This document shows, piece by piece, positions 27,001 through 39,000 of a DNA stretch of 64,000 nucleotides (its first letter is position 1; each line of letters starts with the position of its first letter). Below the pieces are notes generated by a model that saw only the letters and a program-made list of their open reading frames with translations, was not told the DNA's origin and did not search any database. This stretch comes from Eledone cirrhosa (lineage: Eukaryota), in contig OZ024740.1 of assembly GCA_964016885.1 (NCBI GenBank), positions 441,316,001-441,380,000 on the forward strand. Reading direction: 5' to 3'. Made by a program: the position numbers and the translations under genes.

Positions 27001-30000
27001 TGTGTGTATGTGTGTCTCTGTATGTGTATGTGTGTCTCTGTGTGTGTGTCTCTGTATGTGTATGTGTGTCTCTGTGTGTGTCTGTGTGTCTCTGTATGTG
27101 TATGTGTGTCTCTGTGTGTGTATGTGTGTCTCTGTATGTGTATGTGTGTCTCTGTGTATGTGTCTCTGTATGTGTATGTGTGTCTCTGTGTGTGTCTGTG
27201 TGTCTCTGTATGTGTATGTGTGTCTCTGTATGTGTATGTGTGTCTCTGTATGTGTATGTGTGTCTCTGTATGTGTATGTGTGTCTCTGTGTGTGTATGTG
27301 TGTCTCTGTATGTGTATGTGTGTCTCTGTATGTGTATGTGTGTCTCTGTATGTGTATGTGTGTCTCTGTATGTGTATGTGTGTCTCTGTGTGTGTATGTG
27401 TGTCTCTGTATGTGTATGTGTGTCTCTGTATGTGTATGTGTGTCTCTGTGTGTGTATGTGTGTCTCTGTATGTGTATGTGTGTCTCGGTATGTGTATGTG
27501 TGTCTCTGTATGTGTATGTGTGTCTCTGTGTGTGTATGTGTGTCTCTGTGTGTGCATGTGTGTCTCTGTATGTGTATGTGTGTCTCTGTGTGTGTATGTG
27601 TGTCTCTGTATGTGTATGTGTGTCTCTGTATGTGTATGTGTGTCTCTGTGTGTGTATGTGTGTCTCCGTATGTGTATGTGTGTCTCTGTATGTGTATGTG
27701 TGTCTCTGTGTGTGTATGTGTGTCGCTCTATATGTATGTGTGTCTCTGTATGTGTATGTGTGTCTCTGTGTGTGTATGTGTGTCTCTGTATGTGTATGTG
27801 TGTCTCTGTGTGTGTGTCTCTGTATGTGTATGTGTGTCTCTTTATGTGTATGTGTGTCTCTGTGTGTGTATGTGTGTCTCTGTGTGTGTGTCTCTGTGTG
27901 TGTATGTGTGTCTCTGTGTGTGTATGTGTGTCTTTGTATGTGTATGTGTGTCTCTGTATGTGTATGTGTGTCTCTTCTGTGTGTATGTGTGTCTCTGTAT
28001 GTGTATGGGTGTCTCTGTATGTGTATGTGTGTCTGTGTGTGTGTGTCTCTGTGTGTGTATGTGTGTCTCTGTGTGTGTATGTGTGTCTCTGTGTATGTAT
28101 GTGTGTCTCTGTATGTGTATGTGTGTCTCTGTATGTGTATGTGTGTCTCTGTATGTGTGTCTCTGTATGTGTGTCTCTGTATGTGTATGTGTGTCTCTTC
28201 TGTGTGTATGTGTGTCTCTGTATGTGTATGTGTGTCGCTGTATGTGTGTCGCTGTATGTGTGACTCTGCATATGTATGTGTGTCTCTGTATGTGTTTGTG
28301 TGTCTCTGTGTGTGTATGTGTGTCTCTTCTGTGTGTATGTGTGTCTCTGTATGTGTATGTGTGTCTCTGTATGTGTATGTGTGTCTCTGTATGTGTATGT
28401 GTGTCTCTGTGTGTGTGTCTCTGTGTGTGTATGTGTGTCTCTGTGTGTGTATGTGTGTCTCTTCTGTGTGTATGTGTGTCTCTGTATGTGTATGTGTGTC
28501 TCTGTATGTGTATGTGTGTCTCTGTGTGTGTATGTGTGTCTCTGTGTGTGTGTCTCTGTGTGTGTATGTGTGTCTCTGTGTGTGTATGTGTGTCTTTGTA
28601 TGTGTATGTGTGTCTCTGTGTGTGTATGTGTGTCTCTGTGTGTGTATGTGTGTCTCTGTGTGTGTATATGTGTCTCTGTATGTGTATGTGTGTCTCTGTA
28701 TGTGTATGTGTGTCTCTGTATGTGTATGTGTGTCTCTGTATGTGTATGTGTGTCTCTGTGTGTGTATGTGTGTCTCTGTATGTGTATGTGTGTCTCTGTA
28801 TGTGTATGTGTGTCTCTGTGTGTGTGTCTCTGTATGTGTATGTGTGTCTCTGTGTGTGTATGTGTGTCTCTGTGTGTGTATGTGTGTCTCTGTATGTGTA
28901 TGTGTGTCTCTGTGTGTGTGTCTCTGTATGTGTATGTGTGTCTCTGTGTGTGTATGTGTGTCTCTGTGTGTGTGTCTCTGTGTGTGTATGTGTGTCTCTG
29001 TATGAGTATGTGTGTCTCTGTATGTGTATGTGTGTCTCTGTATGTGTATGTGTGTCTCTGTGTGTGTATGTGTGTCTCTGTATGTGTATGTGTGTCTCTG
29101 TGTGTGTATGTGTGTCTCTGTGTCTGTGTCTCTGTGTGTGTATGTGTGTCTCTGTATGTGTATGTGTATCTCTGTATGTGTATGTGTGTCTGTGTGTGTG
29201 TGTCTCTGTGTGTGTATGTGTGTCTCTGTATGAGTATGTGTGTCTCTGTATGTGTATGTGTGTCTCTGTATGTGTATGTGTGTCTCTGTGTGTCTCTGTA
29301 TGTGTATGTGTGTCTCTGTATGTGTATGTGTGTCTCTGTATGTGTATGTGTGTCTCTGTATGTGTGTGTGTCTCTGTATGTGTATGTGTCTCTGTATGTG
29401 TGTGTGTGTCTCTGTATGTGTATGTGTGTCTCTGTATGTGTGTCTATGTATGTATGTCGCTGTATGTGTATGTGTGTCTCTGTATGTGTATGTGTGTCTC
29501 TGTATGTGTATGTGTGTCTCTGTATGTGTATGTGTGTCTCTGTGTGTGTATGTGTGTCTCTGTATGTGTATGTGTGTCTCTGTGTGTGTATGTGTGTCTC
29601 TGTATGTGTATGTGTGTCTCTGTGTGTGTATGTGTGTCTCTGTATGTGTATGTGTGTCGCTGTATGTGTATGTGTGTCTCTGTATGTGTATGTGTGTCTC
29701 TGTGTGTGTATGTGTGTCTCCGTATGTGTATGTGTGTCTCTGTATGTGTGTCTATGTATGTATGTCGCTGTATGTGTATGTGTGTCTCTGTATGTGTATG
29801 TGTGTCTCTGTATGTGTATGTGTGTCTCTGTGTGTGTATGTGTGTCTCTGTATGTGTATGTGTGTCTCTGTATGTGTATGTGTGTCTCTGTGTGTGTATG
29901 TGTGTCTCTGTATGTGTATGTGTGTCTCGGTATGTGTATGTGTGTCTCTGTATGTGTATGTGTGTCTCTGTGTGTGTATGTGTGTCTCTGTGTGTGCATG

Positions 30001-33000
30001 TGTGTCTCTGTATGTGTATGTGTGTCTATGTGTGTGTATGTGTGTCTCTGTATGTGTATGTGTGTCTCTGTATGTGTATGTGTGTCTCTGTGTGTGTATG
30101 TGTGTCTCCGTATGTGTATGTGTGTCTCTGTATGTGTATGTGTGTCTCTGTGTGTGTATGTGTGTCGCTCTATATGTATGTGTGTCTCTGTATGTGTATG
30201 TGTGTCTCTGTGTGTGTATGTGTGTCTCTGTATGTGTATGTGTGTCTCTGTGTGTGTGTCTCTGTATGTGTATGTGTGTCTCTTTATGTGTATGTGTGTC
30301 TCTGTGTGTGTATGTGTGTCTCTGTGTGTGTGTCTCTGTGTGTGTATGTGTGTCTCTGTGTGTGTATGTGTGTCTTTGTATGTGTATGTGTGTCTCTGTA
30401 TGTGTATGTGTGTCACTTCTGTGTGTATGTGTGTCTCTGTATGTGTATGTGTGTTTCTGTGTGTGTGTCTCTGTATGTGTATGTGTGTCTCTGTATGTGT
30501 ATGTGTGTCTCTGTATGTGTATGTGTGTCTCTGTGTGTGTGTCTCTGTGTGTGTATGTGTGTCTCTGTGTGTGTATGTGTGTCTTTGTATGTGTATGTGT
30601 GTCTCTGTGTGTGTATGTGTGTCTCTGTGTGTGTATGTGTGTCTCTGTGTGTGTATATGTGTCTCTGTATGTGTATGTGTGTCTCTGTATGTGTATCTGT
30701 GTCTCTGTATGTGTATGTGTGTCTCTGTATGTGTATGTGTGTCCCTGTGTGTGTATGTGTGTCTCTGTATGTGTATGTGTGTCTCTGTATGTGTATGTGT
30801 GTCTCTGTGTGTGTGTCTCTGTATGTGTATGTGTGTCTCTGTGTGTGTATGTGTGTCTCTGTGTGTGTATGTGTGTCTCTGTATGTGTATGTGTGTCTGT
30901 GTGTGTGTGTCTCTGTATGTGTATGTGTGTCTCTGTGTGTGTATGTGTGTCTCTGTGTGTATGTCTCTGTGTGTGTGTCTCTGTGTGTGTATGTGTGTCT
31001 CTGTATGAGTATGTGTGTCTCTGTATGTGTATGTGTGTCTCTGTATGTGTATGTGTGTCTCTGTGTGTGTATGTGTGTCTCTGTGTGTGTGTCTCTGTGT
31101 GTGTATGTGTGTCTCTGTATGTGTATGTGTGTCTCTGTGTGTGTAGTCTCTGTATGTGTATGGGTGTCTCTGTATGTGTATGTGTGTCTGTGTGTGTGTG
31201 TCTCTGTGTGTGTATGTGTGTCTCTGTGTGTGTATGTGTGTCTCTGTGTATGTATGTGTGTCTCTGTATGTGTATGTGTGTCTCTGTATGTGTATGTGTG
31301 TCTCTGTATGTGTGTCTCTGTATGTGTGTCTCTGTATGTGTATGTGTGTCTCTTCTGTGTGTATGTGTGTCTCTGTATGTGTATGTGTGTCGCTGTATGT
31401 GTGTCGCTGTATGTGTGTCTCTGCATATGTATGTGTGTCTCTGTATGTGTTTGTGTGTCTCTGTGTGTGTATGTGTGTCTCTTCTGTGTGTATGTGTGTC
31501 TCTGTATGTGTATGTGTGTCTCTGTATGTGTATGTGTGTCTCTGTATGTGTATGTGTGTCTCTGTGTGTGTGTCTCTGTGTGTGTATGTGTGTCTCTGTG
31601 TGTGTATGTGTGTCTTTGTATGTGTATGTGTGTCTCTGTGTGTGTATGTGTGTCTCTGTGTGTGTATGTGTGTCTCTGTGTGTGTATATGTGTCTCTGTA
31701 TGTGTATGTGTGTCTCTGTATGTGTATGTGTGTCTCTGTATGTGTATGTGTGTCTCTGTATGTGTATGTGTGTCTCTGTGTGTGTATGTGTGTCTCTGTA
31801 TGTGTATGTGTGTCTCTGTATGTGTATGTGTGTCTCTGTGTGTGTGTCTCTGTATGTGTATGTGTGTCTCTGTGTGTGTATGTGTGTCTCTGTGTGTGTA
31901 TGTGTGTCTCTGTATGTGTATGTGTGTCTCTGTGTGTGTGTCTCTGTATGTGTATGTGTGTCTCTGTGTGTGTATGTGTGTCTCTGTGTGTGTGTCTCTG
32001 TGTGTGTATGTGTGTCTCTGTATGAGTATGTGTGTCTCTGTATGTGTATGTGTGTCTCTGTATGTGTATGTGTGTCTCTGTGTGTGTATGTGTGTCTCTG
32101 TATGTGTATGTGTGTCTCTGTGTGTGTATGTGTGTCTCTGTGTCTGTGTCTCTGTGTGTGTATGTGTGTCTCTGTATGTGTATGTGTATCTCTGTATGTG
32201 TATGTGTGTCTGTGTGTGTGTGTCTCTGTGTGTGTATGTGTGTCTCTGTATGAGTATGTGTGTCTCTGTATGTGTATGTGTGTCTCTGTATGTGTATGTG
32301 TGTCTCTGTGTGTGTATGTGTGTCTCTGTATGTGTATGTGTGTCTCTGTATGTGTATGTGTGTCTCTGTATGTGTATGTGTGTCTCTGTATGTGTGTGTG
32401 TCTCTGTATGTGTATGTGTCTCTGTATGTGTGTGTGTGTCTCTGTATGTGTATGTGTGTCTCTGTATGTGTGTCTATGTATGTATGTCGCTGTATGTGTA
32501 TGTGTGTCTCTGTATGTGTATGTGTGTCTCTGTATGTGTATGTGTGTCTCTGTATGTGTATGTGTGTCTCTGTGTGTGTATGTGTGTCTCTGTATGTGTA
32601 TGTGTGTCTCTGTGTGTGTATGTGTGTCTCTGTATGTGTATGTGTGTCTCTGTGTGTGTATGTGTGTCTCTGTATGTGTATGTGTGTCGCTGTATGTGTA
32701 TGTGTGTCTCTGTATGTGTATGTGTGTCTCTGTGTGTGTATGTGTGTCTCCGTATGTGTATGTGTGTCTCTGTGTGTCTGTCTCTGTATGTGTATGTGTG
32801 TCTCTGTATGTGTATGTGTGTCTCTGTATGTGTATGTGTGTCTCTGTGTGTGTATATGTGTCTCGGTATGTGTATGGGTGTCTCTGTGTGTGTGTCTCTG
32901 TATGTGTATGTGTGTCTCTGTATGTGTATGTGTGTCTCTGTATGTGTATGTGTGTCTCTGTGTGTGTATGTGTGTCTCTGTATGTGTATGTGTGTCTCTG

Positions 33001-36000
33001 TGTGTGTGTCTCTGTGTGTGTATGTGTGTCTCTGTATATGTATGTGTGTCTCTGTATGTGTATGTGTGTCTCTGTATATTTATGTGTGTCTCTGTGTGTG
33101 TATGTGTGTCTCTGTATGTGTGTCTCTGTGTGTGTATGTGTGTCTCTGTATATGTATGTGTGTCTCTGTATGTGTATGTGTGTCTCTGTATGTGTATGTG
33201 TGTCTCTGTATGTGTATGTGTGTCTCTGTGTGTGTATGTGTGTCTCTGTATGTGTGTCTCTGTGTGTGTATGTGTGTCTCTGTATGTGTATGTGTGTCTC
33301 TGTGTGTGTATGTGTGTCTCTGTATGTGTATGTGTGTCTCTGTGTGTGTATGTGTGTCTCTGTATGTGTGTCTCTGTGTGTGTATGTGTGTCTCTGTATG
33401 TGTGTCTCTGTATGTGTGTCTCTGTATGTGTATGTGTGTCTCTGTATATGTATGTGTGTCTCTGTGTGTGTATGTGTGTCTCTGTATGTGTGTCTCTGTA
33501 TGTGTGTCTCTGTATGTGTATGTGTGTCTCTGTATATGTATGTGTGTCTCTGTATGTGTATGTGTGTCTCTGTATGTGTATGTGTGTCTCTGTATATGTA
33601 TGTGTGTCTCTGTATGTGTATGTGTGTCTCTGTATATGTATGTGTGTCTCTGTGTGTGTATGTGTGTCTCTGTATGTGTGTCTCTGTGTGTGTATGTGTG
33701 TCTCTGTATGTGTATGTGTGTCTCTGTGTGTGTATGTGTGTCTCTGTATGTGTGTGTGTGTCTCTGTATGTGTATGTGTGTCTCTGTGTGTGTATGTGTG
33801 TCTCTGTATATGTATGTGTGTCTCTGTGTGTGTATGTGTGTGTCTGTATGTGTGTGTGTGTCTCTGTATGTGTATGTGTGTCTCTGTATGTGTATGTGTG
33901 TCTCTGTATGTGTATGTGTGTCTCTGTATGTGTATGTGTGTCTCTGTGTGTGTATGTGTGTCTCTGTGTGTGTATGTGTGTCTCTGTATGTGTGTGTGTG
34001 TCTCTGTATGTGTATGTGTGTCTCTGTGTGTGTATGTGTGTCTCTGTATATGTATGTGTGTCTCTGTGTGTGTATGTGTGTCTCTGTATGTGTATGTGTG
34101 TCTCTCTGTGTGTGTCTCTGTATGTGTATGTGTGTCTCTGTATGTGTATGTGTGTCTCTGTATATGTATGTGTGTCTCTGTATGTGTATGTGTGTCTCTG
34201 TGTGTGTATGTGTGTCTCTGTATATGTATGTGTGTCTCTGTGTGTGTATGTGTGTCTCTGTATGTGTATGTGTGTCTCTGTGTGTGTATGTGTGTCTCTG
34301 TATGTGTATGTGTGTCTCTGTATGTGTATGTGTGTCTCTGTATGTGTATGTGTGTCTCTGTATGTGTGTCTCTGTATGTGTATGTGTGTCTCTGTGTGTA
34401 TGTGTGTATGTGTGTCTCTGTGTGTGTGTCTCTGTGTGTGTATGTGTGTTTCTGTATGTGTATGTGTGTCTTTGTATGTGTATGTGTGTCTCTGTATGTG
34501 TATGTGTGTCTCTGTATGTGTATGTGTGTCTCTGTGTGTGTGTCTCTGTATGTGTATGTGTGTCTCTGTATGTGTATGTGTGTCTGTGTGTGTGTGTCTC
34601 TGTGTGTGTATGTGTGTCTCTGTGTGTGTATGTGTGTCTCTGTATGTGTATGTGTGTCTCTGTATCTGTATGTGTGTCTCTGTGTGTGTATGTGTGTCTC
34701 TGTATGTATATGTGTGTCTCTGTATGTGTGTCTCTGTATGTGTATGTGTGTCTCTGTGTGTGTATGTGTGTCTCTGTATGTGTATGTGTGTCTCTGTATG
34801 TGTATGTGTGTCTCTGTATGTGTATGTGTGTCTCTGTATGTGTATGTGTGTCTCTGTGTGTGTATGTGTGTCTCTGTATGTGTATGTGTGTCTCTGTATG
34901 TGTATGTGTGTCTCTGTCTGTGTATGTGTGTCTCTGTATGTGTATGTGTGTCTCTGTAAGTGTATGTGTGTCTCTGTGTGTGTATGTGTGTCTCTGTATG
35001 TGTATGTGTGTCTCTGTGTGTGTATGTGTGTCTCTGTATGTGTATGTGTGTCTCTGTATGTGTATGTGTGTCTCTGTGTGTGTATGTGTGTCTCTGTATG
35101 TGTATGTGTGTCTCTGTATGTGTGTCTCTGTATGTGTATGTGTGTCTCTGTATGTGTATGTGTGTCTCTGTGTGTGTATGTGTGTCTCTGTATATGTATG
35201 TGTGTCTCTGTGTGTGTATGTGTGTCTCTGTATGTGTATGTGTGTCTCTCTGTGTGTGTCTCTGTATGTGTATGTGTGTCTCTGTATGTGTATGTGTGTC
35301 TCTGTATATGTATGTGTGTCTCTGTATGTGTATGTGTGTCTCTGTGTGTGTATGTGTGTCTCAGTATATGTATGTGTGTCTCTGTGTGTGTATGTGTGTC
35401 TCTGTATGTGTATGTGTGTCTCTGTGTGTGTATGTGTGTCTCTGTATGTGTATGTGTGTCTCTGTATGTGTATGTGTGTCTCTGTATGTGTATGTGTGTC
35501 TCTGTATGTGTGTCTCTGTATGTGTATGTGTGTCTCTGTGTGTATGTGTGTATGTGTGTCTCTGTGTGTGTGTCTCTGTGTGTGTATGTGTGTTTCTGTA
35601 TGTGTATGTGTGTCTTTGTATGTGTATGTGTGTCTCTGTATGTGTATGTGTGTCTCTGTATGTGTATGTGTGTCTCTGTGTGTGTGTCTCTGTATGTGTA
35701 TGTGTGTCTCTGTATGTGTATGTGTGTCTGTGTGTGTGTGTCTCTGTGTGTGTATGTGTGTCTCTGTGTGTGTATGTGTGTCTCTGTATGTGTATGTGTG
35801 TCTCTGTATCTGTATGTGTGTCTCTGTGTGTGTATGTGTGTCTCTGTATGTATATGTGTGTCTCTGTATGTGTGTCTCTGTATATGTATGTGTGTCTCTG
35901 TGTGTGTATGTGTGTCTCTGTATGTGTATGTGTGTCTCTGTATGTGTATGTGTGTCTCTGTATGTGTATGTGTGTCTCTGTATGTGTATGTGTGTCTCTG

Positions 36001-39000
36001 TGTGTGTATGTGTGTCTCTGTATGTGTATGTGTGTCTCTGTATGTGTATGTGTGTCTCTGTCTGTGTATGTGTGTCTCTGTATGTGTATGTGTGTCTCTG
36101 TAAGTGTATGTGTGTCTCTGTGTGTGTATGTGTGTCTCTGTATGTGTATGTGTGTCTCTGTGTGTGTATGTGTGTCTCTGTATGTGTATGTGTGTCTCTG
36201 TATGTGTATGTGTGTCTCTGTGTGTGTATGTGTGTCTCTGTATGTGTATGTGTGTCTCTGTATGTGTGTCTCTGTATGTGCATGTGTGTCTCTGTATGTG
36301 TATGTGTGTCTCTGTATGTGTATGTGTGTCTCTGTGTGTGTATGTGTGTCTCTGTGTGTGTATGTGTGTCTCTGTGTGTGTATGTGTGTCTCTGTATGTG
36401 TATGTGTGTCGCTGTATGTGTATGTGTGTCTCTGTATGTGTATGTGTGTCTCTGTGTGTGTATGTGTGTCTCCGTATGTGTATGTGTGTCTCTGTGTGTG
36501 TGTCTCTGTATGTGTATGTGTGTCTCTGTATGTGTATGTGTGTCTCTGTATGTGTATGTGTGTCTCTGTGTGTGTATGTGTGTCTCTGTGTGTGTATGTG
36601 TGTCTCTGTATGTGCATGTGTGTCGCTGTATGTGTATGTGTGTCTCTGTATGTGTATGTGTGTCTCTGTGTGTGTATGTGTGTCTCTGTATGTGTATGTG
36701 TGTCTCTGTGTGTGTGTCTCTGTATGTGTATGTGTGTCTCTGTGTGTGTCTGTGTGTCTCTGTATGTGTATGTGTGTCTCTGTGTGTGTATGTGTGTCTC
36801 TGTATGTGTATGTGTGTTTCTGTGTATGTGTCTCTGTATGTGTATGTGTGTCTCTGTGTGTGTCTGTGTGTCTCTGTATGTGTATGTGTGTCTCTGTATG
36901 TGTATGTGTGTCTCTGTATGTGTATGTGTGTCTCTGTATGTGTATGTGTGTCTCTGTGTGTGTATGTGTGTCTCTGTATGTGTATGTGTGTCTCTGTATG
37001 TGTATGTGTGTCTCTGTATGTGTATGTGTGTCTCTGTATGTGTATGTGTGTCTCTGTGTGTGTATGTGTGTCTCTGTATGTGTATGTGTGTCTCTGTATG
37101 TGTATGTGTGTCTCTGTGTGTGTATGTGTGTCTCTGTATGTGTATGTGTGTCTCGGTATGTGTATGTGTGTCTCTGTATGTGTATGTGTGTCTCTGTGTG
37201 TGTATGTGTGTCTCTGTGTGTGTATGTGTGTCTCTGTATGTGTATGTGTGTCTCTGTGTGTGTATGTGTGTCGCTCTATATGTATGTGTGTCTCTGTATG
37301 TGTATGTGTGTCTCTGTGTGTGTATGTGTGTCTCTGTATGTGTATGTGTGTCTCTGTGTGTGTGTCTCTGTATGTGTATGTGTGTCTCTTTATGTGTATG
37401 TGTGTCTCTGTGTGTGTATGTGTGTCTCTGTGTGTGTGTCTCTGTGTGTGTATGTGTGTCTCTGTGTGTGTATGTGTGTCTTTGTATGTGTATGTGTGTC
37501 TCTGTATGTGTATGTGTGTCTCTTCTGTGTGTATGTGTGTCTCTGTATGTGTATGTGTGTTTCTGTGTGTGTGTCTCTGTATGTGTATGTGTGTCTCTGT
37601 ATGTGTATGTGTGTCTCTGTATGTGTATGTGTGTCTCTGTGTGTGTGTCTCTGTGTGTGTATGTGTGTCTCTGTGTGTGTATGTGTGTCTTTGCATGTGT
37701 ATGTGTGTCTCTGTGTGTGTATGTGTGTCTCTGTGTGTGTATGTGTGTCTCTGTGTGTGTATATGTGTCTCTGTATGTGTATGTGTGTCTCTGTATGTGT
37801 ATCTGTGTCTCTGTATGTGTATGTGTGTCTCTGTATGTGTATGTGTGTCCCTGTGTGTGTATGTGTGTCTCTGTATGTGTATGTGTGTCTCTGTATGTGT
37901 ATGTGTGTCTCTGTGTGTGTGTCTCTGTATGTGTATGTGTGTCTCTGTGTGTGTATGTGTGTCTCTGTGTGTGTATGTGTGTCTCTGTATGTGTATGTGT
38001 GTCTGTGTGTGTGTGTCTCTGTATGTGTATGTGTGTCTCTGTGTGTGTATGTGTGTCTCTGTGTGTATGTCTCTGTGTGTGTGTCTCTGTGTGTGTATGT
38101 GTGTCTCTGTATGAGTATGTGTGTCTCTGTATGTGTATGTGTGTCTCTGTATGTGTATGTGTGTCTCTGTGTGTGTATGTGTGTCTCTGTGTGTGTGTCT
38201 CTGTGTGTGTATGTGTGTCTCTGTATGTGTATGTGTGTCTCTGTGTGTGTAGTCTCTGTATGTGTATGGGTGTCTCTGTATGTGTATGTGTGTCTGTGTG
38301 TGTGTGTCTCTGTGTGTGTATGTGTGTCTCTGTGTGTGTATGTGTGTCTCTGTGTATGTATGTGTGTCTCTGTATGTGTATGTGTGTCTCTGTATGTGTA
38401 TGTGTGTCTCTGTATGTGTGTCTCTGTATGTGTGTCTCTGTATGTGTATGTGTGTCTCTTCTGTGTGTATGTGTGTCTCTGTATGTGTATGTGTGTCGCT
38501 GTATGTGTGTCGCTGTATGTGTGTCTCTGCATATGTATGTGTGTCTCTGTATGTGTTTGTGTGTCTCTGTGTGTGTATGTGTGTCTCTTCTGTGTGTATG
38601 TGTGTCTCTGTATGTGTATGTGTGTCTCTGTATGTGTATGTGTGTCTCTGTATGTGTATGTGTGTCTCTGTGTGTGTGTCTCTGTGTGTGTATGTGTGTC
38701 TCTGTGTGTGTATGTGTGTCTTTGTATGTGTATGTGTGTCTCTGTGTGTGTATGTGTGTCTCTGTGTGTGTATGTGTGTCTCTGTGTGTGTATATGTGTC
38801 TCTGTATGTGTATGTGTGTCTCTGTATGTGTATGTGTGTCTCTGTATGTGTATGTGTGTCTCTGTATGTGTATGTGTGTCTCTGTGTGTGTATGTGTGTC
38901 TCTGTATGTGTATGTGTGTCTCTGTATGTGTATGTGTGTCTCTGTGTGTGTGTCTCTGTATGTGTATGTGTGTCTCTGTGTGTGTATGTGTGTCTCTGTG

